A stretch of 61,420 bases of DNA, the filler included, from Sphacelaria rigidula (Eukaryota), in the NCBI GenBank assembly GCA_964200075.2. It is 11 parts of 11 records of this genome, joined end to end, with 100 filler letters (N's around TTAATTAATTAA, not from the genome) between each part and the next. Parts side by side here need not be neighbours in the genome. Positions count along the whole stretch, not along the records: positions 44,745 to 50,236 come from CAXNAA020026886.1; positions 50,337 to 55,828 come from CAXNAA020026887.1; positions 55,929 to 61,420 come from CAXNAA020026888.1; 8 more parts are not named here. The stretch is one strand, 5' to 3'. The translations under genes were made by a program, and so were the position numbers. This document shows, piece by piece, positions 49,201 through 61,420 of the stretch (the first letter of the stretch is position 1; the number at the start of each line of letters is the position of its first letter). The notes under the pieces were generated by a model. The model was not told the origin of the DNA, did not search any database, and worked only from the letters and a program-made list of their open reading frames with translations.

Positions 49201-49651
49201 TAGCGCCACAGGCTTGGAAGATGGCTTGAAATCTTCCTTCAACGCCTGGCAGAACCGATAATGGACAAGATGGTCCATGCAGTCATCTGTAATGAAACCG
49301 GGAGGCTAAAATTCGAGCGCACTGTCAACGGAGACCTGTCTGATTATTACACCGTTCAAGGACGTGCTCCGTACCTTGAATCTACTTCCACTTTACTCGC
49401 TTCATGTACGACTACTAAACTTTCGCCAGCGCCAGCGGTAGACACCGACGAAAATCAAGACAAGACGATAGGAATATACGTCCGGGTCCCTTCCGCATGA
49501 CAAATACCTTCAACGGGGCCCACTCCAGATAAAGTGGTACGTGCTGAAACCTAGTGTAGGCCAGCCGCTTGAAGGCCCTTCGTGCGTCCAAAGCTTTCAG
49601 GAATTCCACCAGTGCCACAGCTTTTGACGGAGGGAGGAGCACGCGTCCCAC
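46278..49651 (-). CDS. RBM19: RBM19/MRD1 multiple-RRM rRNA-processing protein, 3' part. Exons 49651-49508, 49245-49162, 48780-48538, 47718-47575, 47368-47246, 46481-46278
   Basis: VGRVLLPPSKAVALVEF...[110 protein letters not shown]. All six exons phase 0 with GT-AG introns. Stop at 46278. Confidence 0.95.
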
Positions 49652-51476
49652 CTGGGAAACGAATAAGGGGGGGGAAATGTGATGAATATATGATAAATTT
49701 CAAACGTAATGACTCCGATCGATTGCTTGTTGATTGATTGATATGACAGCATCGCAGTTATCATACTCGACTCCACAAATCGGACCAATCAAATTCGTAC
49801 GAACCGCCCTGGTCGAACCATCGACGAGAGACGTGCACGTGGCAGAAGTTCTAAGCGACTCATGCTGTACGAATCACAGGCGGAAAACGTGGGTGACATC
49901 GATACGCATGATTGTGACTCGTATCTAGGCGGAAAACCTGTACAATGATCCTCAGCTGATTGGCTGATTAGTGCAACTGTTCGTACAGCACAAATCACAC
50001 GTGAGCGACAGGTGCGATAGATTCGTGCTGCACAACTGACGGGTGGGAAAATGTACATTTTAACTTCGCCGTATGAATAACGAGTGCGAACCATGTACTT
50101 GTTGACCATCCCGTGCGAACAACGCGTGGAGGACATGCACAAAAACACATTATTGCGCGTGTTTTTTTTGTTACTCACACTTTGAACCCCTCCCCTTCCT
50201 CGGGATGAGTCCGTGGTCTCAAGGGATCAACCCATCNNNNNNNNNNNNNNNNNNNNNNNNNNNNNNNNNNNNNNNNNNNNTTAATTAATTAANNNNNNNN
50301 NNNNNNNNNNNNNNNNNNNNNNNNNNNNNNNNNNNNCCTCATCTCGAAGTTAAACCTCAATTCGCACAATTTGTTATTTACTGCAGAACGCGTATGAGGC
50401 GTCGTGGAGGGGCATTTCGGAACTGAAACGATTCATTCACTGAAAGAAGGCCAATTATTGACCGTTTCTCACTCTCAATCGGATCCTCGCATCGTCGCGA
50501 CCCAGGTACACGCAGCCCGGGCACGTGGAACGGCGCACAAATTGCGTGGAAACCTGTTTCACCAGCGGTCAACTTTGTTCTCTCTCTTTCGAGCAATCAG
50601 GCCTGAAAAATCGTAGATTTGGTGATTCGGACCGGCGATGAGTCGTCCGAACCGCGAACATATCAGCGCCATCCGCTGTGGTGAGGTGCAGACTCACAAC
50701 TGGACCACGCGGCAGTCACAGGGTGAGCAGGATGTATGTGCGGATCACGACTTAATTCTTTTCGTCTGCTGCGTCGGTGGGCTATGGCTGTGGCAGCTAA
50801 AGTCTATTTTGAGGCTGGCGTACAGCTCGTATTCCCCCCTGGATTTTGATTATCAATAAGTCTCGGGCGGATTCCTCGAAACTGGGCGTCGTGTGTCGTC
50901 GCGAGAAGAAGTGGGAAGAAGGCGGAATTCGGGAAGCCGGACTAGTACTCTCTGTCTACCCTCCTCGCCCGAAACAGCGATTCAATAGTCCACCCCGAAG
51001 GAGACAAGACGAAATTGTGTTCGCAGCTTCGCATTATTGATCAACTCTGAATCAACTCTAAATTGCGAGCCACTTCTCCATGTATTTCTCTGGTGCACCC
51101 GGCATGACCCTCTTGTGAACGGCGGAGTCCGTTCGTTTCTAAATTCAATACTGCACAACTAAGTTCTCGCAGAGCGGTGCCCGGGAATTTCTCGCCATCC
51201 CTCGCGGTATGCAGCGGAGTCTATTTATTGCGGACTTCAACACGATCTAGTTCTCGCGAAGCAATGTCCGCGAGTTCTCGTCGTTCGTCGTAGCCCGCCT
51301 GTTACCATCCCTCGCCGCCCCCAACGAGTTGAATAACCTCTTCGCAAGTTTGAGAGTTCAGCATTTGATTGAGAGCGATGACTAAAAAAATCAGAACCCC
51401 TGGTCCATTCAATGATTGATGTTCCTTGGGGAGTTCTTCCCCCCGCCAGGCGAGGAGCATGGCTCGAGTGAAAGCT

Positions 51477-51781
51477 GTTCAACTCAAAAGCCGTGCTTTC
51501 CCAGACCTGAATCCATGATAAATGACTTTCATCCGGACGACCTCGCTAGACCATTTAGGGGGGTTTCTAGCGTTTTCTTTCCCCTAAGGATATGTTTAAA
51601 AGCACACGTTTGCCTCGATTTCGGGGTGAAAAAAGGACGTTTTTAGGCAAAAAAATCGTGCTTCCGCACATATCCTGTGGGGAACGGAAGGCTAGAAACC
51701 CCTCGAAATGGTTTAGGTCGTCCGGATGAAAGTCATTTGTCATGAATTCAGATCAGGAAAAACACGGCTCTTCAGTTGAAC
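51477..51781. mobile_element. MITE / foldback with long (over 100 bp) imperfect inverted arms
   Basis: GTTCAACTCAAAAGCCGTG...AAATGACTTTCATCCGGACGACCT is inverted to AGGTCGTCCGGATGAAAGTCATTT...CACGGCTCTTCAGTTGAAC. Confidence 0.8.
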
Positions 51782-52055
51782 CTCCTTTTTTATTTGACCC
51801 CAATTTTAGAGAATCCACTGTTTATTAGTTGTGGGGTAAGTCCAGCACACGTAATCTTTGCATTGGTCTCGTCAAATCAGCAGAAATCTACAACTACTCC
51901 AGATTTTCAGAAATGGTCGACTGATGCCCGAAACAGTTTCGTTGCCGAAATGGCTCTCTGGGCCGTACACAAGGTCTTCCATGTATATTTCTTCATAATT
52001 GCCAGCACTCCACCTTCCTTCCGCGGTGCTTGCCTTATATTTTATCGCAAGAGGG

Positions 52056-52242
52056 GTCCAGCGGTCCCTTTCCGTCGTCGACCATCAAGTCCAAATTCGT
52101 TTACCCACGACATGGTCGCTCTCCATTGTTGGGTAGTGCGCGGGAAAAATCACAGATGGTGTGACTGCACCGGGATTTTTCAACCCAGGACCCAACCATC
52201 AGATGATTTCAAGGTCACCACCTGAACCACCGGGGTGACCGG
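52056..52242 (-). mobile_element. tRNA-derived SINE copy (diverged)
   Basis: Shares GTCCCTTTCC.TCGTCGACCAT and ACCCACGACATGGTCGCTCTCCA.TGTTGGG with 5607-5675. Head reads GGTCACCCCGGTGGTTCAGGTGG on the minus strand. Confidence 0.75.
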
Positions 52243-53585
52243 CTAAAATGCCAGACACTCAAATTTGTGGAAAGGTAGTCAGTGGTGAGCGACATTCAGC
52301 TGGCAGTTTTTTTTTCTCTCCCCACCCCTCCCCTGAAAATCTCGCTCAGAGACCAGCTCCACTCCTTGATGGTGCACTTACAGTAGCTCCTTGCGCGGGT
52401 TTTTCGTCAGCGCACTCTCGAGCATTGTCTCCTGGCCACAAACAAGTGGAACCTCAGTGCTGTTCAGAGGGTAACGTACGGAGATGGTGCCGCTTGGCAG
52501 ACACGTGAACAGTCCAAGTACATGGTCCGTCACGAAGGGAATCAGAAGGCTCGAGTCTCAATTATTTTCCTTCTTTCTTTTCAACTCCACGAAGCCCCGT
52601 CTCGCCTTCACAGCCCAGTAGATATCCTTGGGTTTTTTTCATGGCAAAGGTGAACACTCGGGGGACATTTTTTGTACCGGCCGGCAACTACACGTATTAA
52701 CTTGAAAGAAACGCCACTTGGAGCTTAACATAAAAGGACCTGGGTGCCCTATTCCCCGCAAAGCTACCATTGACCATCCACAACATTTTATACAAGAGGC
52801 ATACACACTTTTCCATGTGTTCGAGGCTGCAGCTTGAATGAGGCCACATCCTGTACATGTAAGCGCAAGGTAATCCCCCTGCCCCCTGCCCCCATCCCTC
52901 CACCCCCACCTCCCCTCGCCGCCGTTCACGAGAGGCCCTCTATCTCACGCCAGGCCAGTCGTGCTTCTTTACTTGCGAACCCCTAACGAGCAGGCGCGCT
53001 ACTTGTATAAAACTCCTGAATTGTATATTTATATAACTTTTCCCCGTGGTATGCTGTTCAACGACGATTTTCTCGAGAGGAGATGAAGTCTCTACACGGT
53101 GAAGAAGAAGTTATCGTAAGACTAGCACCGTAGTCGACGAGCATGTCGATTCGAGCATCACGGGGGCTCCTGTACTTTTCAGAATGTAAGGGGGGAGTAG
53201 GGGGGGTCATCTTCGGGGGAGCAAAAAACAACACAGCGGCTAGCGAGGGTCCCGCTGCACGCTCAAACACCAACTCAGGAACTGGGACTGACGCACGAGG
53301 GTACGAGCTATGTCATCCACCGTGCATTCGTTCTCAAAATCACAAGGAACGCGAACACATTCACACACAACGACACCTCCTAGACTACAACGTCTGCCCA
53401 CGATAATCAATTGCGACTGTTTCTCTGGTGCGTAAAAAAAATCATAAGAAAAAAAAAAGTTGTCTAAAAATATTGCCTTACTCTCCATCATTGTATACAC
53501 TTTTGCATACGCTATGATCAGAACTATGATAAAATGTTGCCGGAAATACATGACCCAATACCGCGGCCATTGGCATCACCGCGAA

Positions 53586-53725
53586 CTATCCTTCAGGGGC
53601 GACAAAGGGGTTCTCAATCTCCTCCATGCCGTCGGTCGGAGATATCAAGCTTACTTGCGTACCCCGGCAAACCACCAAACCCAGCTCTCGTGTCTCATCC
53701 GTTAGCTTGTACGGATCCGCGGGAT
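53586..53725 (-). CDS. LSM7: U6 snRNA-associated Sm-like protein LSm7, last exon
   Basis: DPADPYKLTDETRELGLVVCRGTQVSLISPTDGMEEIENPF then stop, the Sm2 motif with the LSm7-type C-terminus. CAG acceptor at 53726. Upstream exons not found on this scaffold. Confidence 0.9.
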
Positions 53726-54321
53726 CTGCTCGTTTCCGTTCAGGGTTCAGGGAAGAAGCGGGGGGGGCGGTGCGGGAACAACGATGAAGGAGCAGACTCA
53801 GAATCACCATCGAGCCGTATACATACAGGTGGTGAGAGTCGACTTTACCCCAGTTTCACCGAATCAGGACCTTGTTTTGATAATGCGGAGTGAGAACTGT
53901 CTTGCCACCAACATTTCGGCGGAGTCCTTGCAACATCATGAAGCGCCGCCGCGTGGGGGGGGGCTGCCCAGAAGCTATGGCCATTGATTCGCCACAAACG
54001 GATCAATGCCGACTCTCGAGGAAGTCGATGGCAAGCCCTCAATTCTCACACAATGCAAGCAAAACAAAACACTTCGCATCCGCTAACGGCACATGCTTGG
54101 GTCCTATTTTATGACATTTTGGGGACTGGTTCCAGGCGGAATCTTGTACTGCTGTGTTGAGGCTTTTTGTTCCGTGCACACCACACGCAGTTGTCGGCAA
54201 CATCATATATGTTTGGTGACATGGCAACTACGGTACCGCGTTTACGAAGACAAACGGCTGCACGAAACTCCTGATTGCTGGCAGAACTCCGGATCACGGC
54301 GGCACTTTGATTCATGCGGAT

Positions 54322-54745
54322 ATACGAGCTGGACCAGCTTCAAAACGGATTCAAGCTCTAAAAGCAATATCTCCTCGACATAGACGAGTTGGCCCATGAT
54401 CCGCATATCGTGTGAATCGTCCAACCAACGGGAAGGTGCCCATCTGCTCAAAAATCTGGGCCATTTTCTTCTCGTTGATTAAACCCCATGTCTAGTAGTT
54501 CCTATACCGTACGGAGATAGCGTTCACACTAAAATCTATACGAAACCCCGAACGATGCAGTCAGCGGATGATGTCGATATTTGGTGTGGACCTTCCCTGG
54601 AGCGCGGGGGGACGATAGATACCTCACCTTCACCCAATTCGTAATCGATATCGCTATACGGCGCACAAAAATTTCCATACAAGAGTCACTATATTACGAG
54701 AAGAGGCACTAGATACCCTAAATCTGGATATCGAGTCTCAGTTGT
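54322..54745 (+). repeat. Dispersed repeat, reverse-complement copy at about 56030-56460
   Basis: CCAGCTTCAAAACGGATTCAAGCTCTAAAAGCAATAT and TTTGGTGTGGACCTTCCCTGGAG..CGGGG.GACGATAGATACC match the minus strand of scaffold 11. Confidence 0.8.
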
Positions 54746-54919
54746 TGAGAGTTGTGCTGTGAAGAACCGCCAGTGCATTATGAAATAAAAAAAAAGCTTA
54801 TTACTTTTGATTCGTTTTTTTTTTTCGTATTTTTAGGGGGGTTTTGAGGAGAAAGGAACATTGCTCTTGGGCCTTTTCTCAATTGTTAAGCTCGGTTTTC
54901 AATTTTTTTATTTGGAACC

Positions 54920-55470
54920 TAGAATTGAGAACAACAGAGGTATGTTGAATAAAAATAGAAAATGGGTCTCCATTCATTATTTTTTTGGAGGCGTGGTTCG
55001 GGCGTTTGCTTGAAAAAACGGTCGTTACCATGCCAAAACCCCCTAAAACAGTAAATAAAAACCAACCTAATCCAATTTTCTTCGTTCATCATGACCCAGC
55101 CAGGTCTCGCACAAAGTTTCAATACACGAAAACCAAACGTGCGCCGGTGGGTGGCCTGCGAAGACCTATCCCGAATTTCTTCCAACCCGATTTTCAAAAG
55201 GCCCATGCTCCGGCCAATATTTAGAGTTGAAGCGTAAAATTTGGTATGGACAATGCACAGGGCATGAAAAAAAATTACGTCGGTACCAAAAAGTTTTTTG
55301 TTTTTGTTTTTTTCACGAGTTGAGGGCGATAATCAGTTTTCAGGTATCAGCAAAACGTCCTCAACTCATGATAAAAAACCTCTTGGTACCGACGAATATT
55401 TTTCATGCCCCATAGATTGTTCACACCAATTTTTTCGCTCCAACTCTAAATATTGGCCAGGGCATGGGCC
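54920..55470. mobile_element. Diverged copy of the foldback family at 28344-29035 (right arm truncated)
   Basis: Shared GTGGCCTGCGAA, AAAAGGCCCATGCTCC and AAATTTGGTATGGACAATGCA. Inverted arms about 55200-55328 / 55356-55470. Spacer TAATCAGTTTTCAGGTATCAG is the reverse complement of the 28677-28702 spacer. Confidence 0.8.
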
Positions 55471-55738
55471 TGCAAACTTCAAATCCGCCTCTAGGCTAGC
55501 CTAGCTCGTAAAAGTGTTCCTCAACAGTGAAGAGGTCTTGCTGTTGCGGCCGATTGGAAGCGAACGATAGATGACCCCGTCACATTCGGGGTTTGGAAGC
55601 ACCACTGCACGTTGTCGGATATCGGAAAACAACGGCGAGTCGTCTATTTTCACGACAAAACCAAACGGGAACTCTCTGGTTTTTGGCAAACTGGGTTTTT
55701 GCGGCACTAATGTTGCCGTCTACTGCAATACAGAAGCC

Positions 55739-55828
55739 GGTCGCCCCGGTGGCTCAGTTGGTCACCTCGTAACCTTCTGAAAGTTGAGTTGTGGGGTTCG
55801 ATTCCCGGAGCGGTCTGGGATTTTTTCT
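55739..55828 (+). mobile_element. tRNA-derived SINE head, cut by the scaffold end
   Basis: GGTCGCCCCGGTGGCTCAGTTGG (box A) ... GGTTCGATTCC (box B), then GGAGCGGTCTGGGATTTTTTCT as in 5594-5771. Confidence 0.8.
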
Positions 55829-56946
55829 NNNNNNNNNNNNNNNNNNNNNNNNNNNNNNNNNNNNNNNNNNNNTTAATTAATTAANNNNNNNNNNNNNNNN
55901 NNNNNNNNNNNNNNNNNNNNNNNNNNNNCGGGTTCTCATCCTCAATGAAAATCTCCATCCTCAACATAGATGATCCGCTGTTTTTATTATGCACCATCGA
56001 TCCTCCATACGAACTTTAATGGCATTCCTCTCGAAAACTGAGACTTTATATCCAGATTCAGTTCATCTAGTACCTCTGCTCGTGATATAGTTTTTCTAGT
56101 ATGGAAACTTATTATGTGCGCCGTATCTCGAGATAGATAACGAACGAGGTGAAGGTGAGGGTATCTATCGTCTCCCCGTACTCCAGGGAATGTCCACACC
56201 AAAAATTGACATCCGCTGAGTGTATCGATGGGGGGTTTCATATAGATTGTAGTGTAGGCGCCATCTCCGCTAGGTGTAGGAATGACTAGACATGGGGTCT
56301 GATCAACGGAAAAATACTGGGCCAGACTTTTAAGCAGGTGGGAACCTCCCCCTTGATTAGACGATTATTACGGTATGAGGGTCATGGCCCAACTCACCTG
56401 TGTCGATAAAATATTGCTTTCAGAGCTTGAATCCGTTTTCAGGCTGGCCCAGCTCGTAGTATGAGTGTAGTATTTACGGCCAGTCCAGAGCTCGAAGGGA
56501 AACATGTCAGATGGTAGCCTGACGTCGGGTAGGTTGCGATTGCACAAGAGTGCAGGTGAAACATGCTCCATCTCTGAGGCCAAGATTTGAACAGTTCCGT
56601 AAACATGTCAGCAGCCATCCCCCCATTTCCTCGAATCCTGTAAAACTGTTGAGATGATCATGGAGTGAATGAAATAAACAAGATATTATAGAGCTTCGGA
56701 AAACAAAAACAGGCCGGTAAAACTCATGGATAATTATCTTTTGATTGAATTTTAGTAAGAAGACGCAAATTATCCCTGAGTTTTTGTCTCAAACAATTGT
56801 TTTCCAAAACTCTGTATTACGCCGAATAGAATATAATAGTGATATATGATGTACTAAACACACGGGGATAAATAATAGAAACGACAAGAAACATAGCCTC
56901 ACACGCATGGGTTGTTTAATGATGTTTGTTAGGCGAGTTAGGGTCG

Positions 56947-57296
56947 GCGCTGACTGTTAGCTCAGTGGATATGTTGTATATCTAACAAAAGTACAACCGG
57001 GGTTCGATCCCTCCGAGGACCATCTTGGCGCCTTTTTCTGCAGAATAAAGAATCTGAGAAAACGTCTGGTGCACACCAGTCGTCAAAATACAGACACATG
57101 TTCCCGCCTGTAAGCCGACGACTGCTTGGGGCAGAGCTGATTAGAGGGACTACAACCCACGGGTAAAACCGGGGTCCAACAGTCTAACCAACTGTCGGAC
57201 CCCGGTTGTACTTATGTTAGATATACAATATATCCACTGAGCTAATAGTCAGCGCTGACTGTTAGCTCAGTGGATATATTGTATATCTAACACAAG
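56947..57296. repeat. Triple inverted-repeat structure (forward arm, 187-bp interior, reverse arm, partial forward arm)
   Basis: Arms 56947-57007 and 57195-57255 differ at 4 of 61 positions. 57211-57296 is an 86-bp spacerless palindrome with 2 mismatches in 43 bp. Confidence 0.9.
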
Positions 57297-58742
57297 GTTT
57301 GTGTGCCATATCATAGCTGAGCAATCACGAGACGAACGGATTGTGGTGGTGACGTCTTGCTGCAGTTGAACGGCACATGGATTTAACAGCGAAATGAGAG
57401 GTGCGTTCACCGATACCGTGAAGCGATATTGTTGGGTTTCCTACTTGTTTTGAATACCGGTCGGCGGGGCGGCTATAGTGCTGTACGTCTGGGCAAACTG
57501 TCTAAGGTACGCGGTGAGTCCTAGAAACAAACGTAGTCATTCGACTGTGTGTGCACGTGACTTCTTAGCAAGTGCATCGAGTTTTGGCAGGGATGGTTGT
57601 ATGCCGGTATTATCAATCAACATATATATATATATATATGGTCGCGCAGTCAAGTTGCATGGTACGCTGGTTATGAAGGGCAGAAAGGCAAATTAGGGAT
57701 ACTACGTAGGTCTGCGCACTGAATAGGTCATGACCGTACAATGCACGGGAAAGTAAGTGGCTGCATGATATCATGATATCGAAAAACGAATCTAGAGCAA
57801 AGAAACAAGGTAGTAACCAACTACGGTACGTTGACGATGCTCTGTTTGGGCATGGCGGTTATAACATAATGCAACGGGCGGGAACACGGAGCAAAGCGGG
57901 ACAACGAGGGTGCAAAACATCACACCTAGCCTATTATGCTCAATTTCGATGCCCGACGTACCGTATCATGTTTAGACGATCAAACAAGAGAGTGCGAGGA
58001 GCTGAAAGCAGCGTATCATGATACGCTGTTCATGTTATCTAAAAGTATATCACTGACACCCAGCCGTGAACTAGCACTCTATCTACTCCATATAAAACGA
58101 AGTGATGCCGCAGTTCCGGATCGCGTGACACACAGCTGTGAGCTACCACACACATTGTTTTCTCCATTATGAAACGAAATGACATTGCGGTACCAGATTA
58201 AAATTGTCACGCGATAACATTCCCTACAAAAATAATGTTGGGAGCATAGCCAGGGTTGACCGCACACAGGCACGCAAGTGAACTACAGATTGGGCACCAT
58301 GTCGCAAATCGGTGGTGAACGTCTAGAGGTGAAGGATGCCAGTCCGTGGGCACCCTAGCACTCTTGTGCTCAAACACATTTAAGTACAACGGTTTGAACA
58401 GGCTCGATAAAGATGGCATGCGCGTCGTTTTCATGCAGTCGAGTCAATCTGCAGTGTGTCGAGCAGTTGCTCAGAACAGCGTCGGCTGCATGCAAGTCAG
58501 GCTTCAGAGGAAGACCAGAGAAACCTCTGGAAAGCAGTCCCGTAGCCGGCGTAGATGCTTCGTGTGTTATCGGCGAACAGGCTAGATGCTGTTGTGTTGC
58601 TTGAGATCAGTTCCCGGAAGACTTTGAAAGCGCTGTGTCAACATGAAAATACCAAGCATAACAAAGTATGACACGAAGCCTAGTCGACTGGAAACTGCCC
58701 AATAAACCCGTAACACTTGTATCGGTGCGAAGACCCGGAAAA

Positions 58743-59053
58743 CACACGTGGCCATTTGGGTACCCCCGTTGTTTTCAGAGCGGTCAATTTCCGAGCCTTA
58801 CAAGGAATTAGTCGCCTCCAGAGGGGTAGTTGTTACTTTTCTCCAAAGGGATCAAACGCCTCTGGAGGCTTGTTTCTGTCTCTGGAGGGCCGCGCATCCC
58901 TGAGGAGGCATTGTGTACCCCCAAATTCCTCCGGAGGGGTGCGTGGCCCTCTAGAGCGGTAGTTTTTGGTTTCGTCCAGGGGAATTTAAGGCATCCGGAG
59001 GCTTGTTTTGCCTCTGGAGGGCCGCGCATCCCTCTGGAGGCATTTTGGGAGGT
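58743..59053. mobile_element. Partial copy of the CACAC-ended MITE family
   Basis: CACACGTGGCCATTTGGGTACCCCC left end and CTGGAGGGCCGCGCATCCCT repeats as in 11824-12157. Confidence 0.75.
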
Positions 59054-59163
59054 TGTAACGCGCGAGGGGACCGCGTGTTCGGGGATCGCCTCGTAGTTCG
59101 AAACACCTCAGGATCGACGTTTTTCATAACAAATCGGGTTAGCCCCTGCAGGGACCACGCCTT

Positions 59164-59200
59164 TGACCCTGACCCTGACCCTAACCCTAACCCTAACCCT
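59164..59200. repeat. Short interstitial telomere-like repeat (TGACCC)3(TAACCC)3. Similar run at 45384-45406
   Basis: Directly visible hexamer repeats. Confidence 0.8.
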
Positions 59201-59959
59201 TTCCGGGAAGGGTACAGTCGTTGTGGCGTTCGTGAACAGCAAATGGGCGGGAAAAGAGCCGAATGTGCGGGCGCCATGGTTGGAGTTGGCGCGGGGATCC
59301 CCTTGCGTGCAGTGTGCCGCATCAGGTACAGTGTGGGACGCGATGGCCCAGGATAGGTGGTGTTTGGGCCGACTGGTGGCCCACGTAAGGGACGATTGAA
59401 AATATTCCCTAGATCAGGTATACCTGGCCGAGCTTTGGTCTAGAAAGGGGAAGTCGTTTGTGGAGACGAGATGCCCTTTTGCGCATTGCCACATCTAGCG
59501 AGTAACATGTCTTCTTTCATTTTTTTTCGAGACTCGGGTGCCGAGGAGCCCCCCGATCGCTATGCGTGGAAAATTCGGAGCAAAATCGGTCAGATTGTGT
59601 TTTGCTGTTTCTGGTCATTTTTCATACATTTCTTGGGCAAAATACGGGATAGTATACCTCTTCTATCCTCTTGCCCAATAATTGAATCGGGCTCAAAAAT
59701 ACTCACACAGACGCGACACAAGAAAAAATAAAACCACAGAAATAAAAAACAAGATACTGCTAAATTCACCAAAGTCTGGTGCCTTGGGTGACGGTTCCGG
59801 CCAAATAGAAATGGAGCTGAACTAAGGAACCAATATCATCAACCATAGTGATAAGAACCGCAAGGTCCTATTCTATCTCTAGAGGGACCGCCATGCCCAC
59901 CACATAACACGTCGGGGGAGGGGTGCATGGACGGCATTTAGTAAGAGGAGAGCAAGCCA

Positions 59960-60950
59960 TGGAGAGATGATGGGGAGTCCTGCCACCTCCGTCACGTTTA
60001 GTTCGGTACAACGGGCAAGCTACACGTTCTTCCACATCCTTCTTGCTCTTCATAAAGATCTCGTTTAATCGCACGTACTCGGCTGGCCTTTTCGTTCTTG
60101 TGCCAAGAGGTCATGAATCTCTCCGCTTCCTGCAGCACCCCCGTGTGTCACGGTATCCCCCCCTCTTCTTTTCTGCCGAGGATCAGAGGGGACTTTCAAC
60201 TCCAAAGGGGTGTTGGTTGTCGTCCGTAGAGTTGTTTGTGGCTTTGAGAGCCTGGAGATCGTCCCTCAGGCACTTTGACCAGTTTTGCTCCGACCCTCTC
60301 ACGCATTACACCCACAACCCCGGTCCTGGATCCTTCCCCTCCACCAGTGTTACGAATGCGAGTCGCCTCGGTAGTCGTCGGTCCGGTTGTCTAGCCAGGG
60401 CTCTCGCGACCAGCGGTCGCCGTTGCCGGACGATGGCTTCAGCACTTTGGCATCCAGTCTTTTTGAGGATCTGCGCGTACGATAACTGTCGGTATGTGCC
60501 ACGCATACGGCGGCACCCGACAACTCGCAGGAAAAGCCGGTAGTGTACCGTCCTCTCAATAAACGGTGATGCTCGCGGTGCGGGGCCCATATCATGCATC
60601 CGTACAGTGGGGCCTTCATCGCCTCTGCCTTCAGTAGTCGGACCTTGAGTCTCCACGATGCTTTCGGTCGGTCAAATAGCTCCCCCAGAAAAACTTTCCG
60701 ATGCAACCCACCCTGCTGTGCTCCGCTTTTTGATCTCTTGTTTGAGCTTGTCATCTACGTTGACGAGCCCGCCCAAGTATCAAACCTCGTCATCTATGCG
60801 TACATTTGGCCCGCTGCTTTGATGACCAGTGGCGGAGGGAGTAGTGCTGGTGGCTCCTCCTACTGTGGCGATTTTAAGGCACTTGCATCAGGAGAGTCTC
60901 TATCTTCTTCTCCGAAACCGTTAGTCCAAAAGCCCCAAACACGTGCACTA
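59960..60950 (-). mobile_element. Decayed RTE-like non-LTR retrotransposon, post-RT C-terminal region
   Basis: RLKVRLLKAEAMKAPLYGCMIW and LSYAQILKKTGCQSAEAIVRQRR...ARQPDRRLPRRL, the (L)LYGCETW ... RQRRL..AG...R.P..L pattern of RTE-clade ORFs. Frameshifted. Boundaries approximate. Confidence 0.75.
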
Positions 60951-61420
60951 TAACGGCATCGTCCTCGCCAAGCGGTCGGGGGACCTCGAGACGATGGCCG
61001 CTGGGTGCGGAATCTACATGAAAACGGTTTGTACGGGATCCAGTTCAACTCCCATACGGGGTATTTCATTGATTTGGGCCTTCGCGGTATCCGCTTTCCA
61101 CAGATAATATACTTCAGAGACTCAATGAGCCACTCGTCGTTAATGTGGAGGTAACTGTACTGTATGGGCGGAGAGATTACTTGTATGGCATGCACACCGA
61201 TGACTAGGCCAAAAGACGAGCAGGTTCAACTGTGGACTGTTCGAGAGACCTGGACCTTTTATACCTGTACAGCCGAATTTCCCGGACCCTAGGCAACAGG
61301 TCTTCAGCGTAGAAGAGCTCGACATAACAAGAGCCACCGTCAAGCCCTACGTATAGTCTGTTGGAAATATGCACAGTCTGGCTGCTTGCATTGTGTGAGT
61401 TTTTACTCTGGTAGCAAATT

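Noticed and set aside
48527..49261. 244-aa plus-strand ORF
   Set aside because: Antisense shadow of RBM19 exons plus intron sequence, with no recognisable domain.
55739..55815. True tRNA gene
   Set aside because: Box A and B are present, but the downstream sequence is shared with a degenerate dispersed copy and I could not form a convincing cloverleaf. Better explained as a SINE head.

Overview
This window is not one locus. It is 11 unlinked short scaffolds (eight of 5493 bp, three of 5492 bp) joined by artificial 100-bp linkers (N44-TTAATTAATTAA-N44). GT-AG introns, roughly balanced GC, TTAGGG-type repeats, a heterokont-style plastid presequence and the TE content point to a stramenopile nuclear genome, most likely a brown alga (inference). 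Partial spliced host genes: a secreted Pmp-like beta-helix protein, a JMJD4-like JmjC protein, an FNIP-repeat protein, RBM19/MRD1, the last exon of LSM7, and two unidentified first exons. Most other sequence is mobile DNA: a decayed tyrosine-recombinase (DIRS/Ngaro-type) retrotransposon, a Gypsy integrase remnant next to a LINE, an RTE-like LINE, a tRNA-derived SINE family, several MITE families with identifiable TIRs/TSDs, long foldback elements, a 63-bp tandem array and a spliced DUF7869/Sola-like transposase pseudogene. I found no CRISPR array, rRNA, convincing true tRNA or intact novel multi-gene system. The best leads are the Sola-like transposase with a matching GAG-ended MITE family, an orphan ORF inside a CACAC-ended element, foldback arms with copy-specific co-variation, and a triple inverted-repeat element with Pol III boxes. 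All family assignments are from motif recognition by eye, not database searches.
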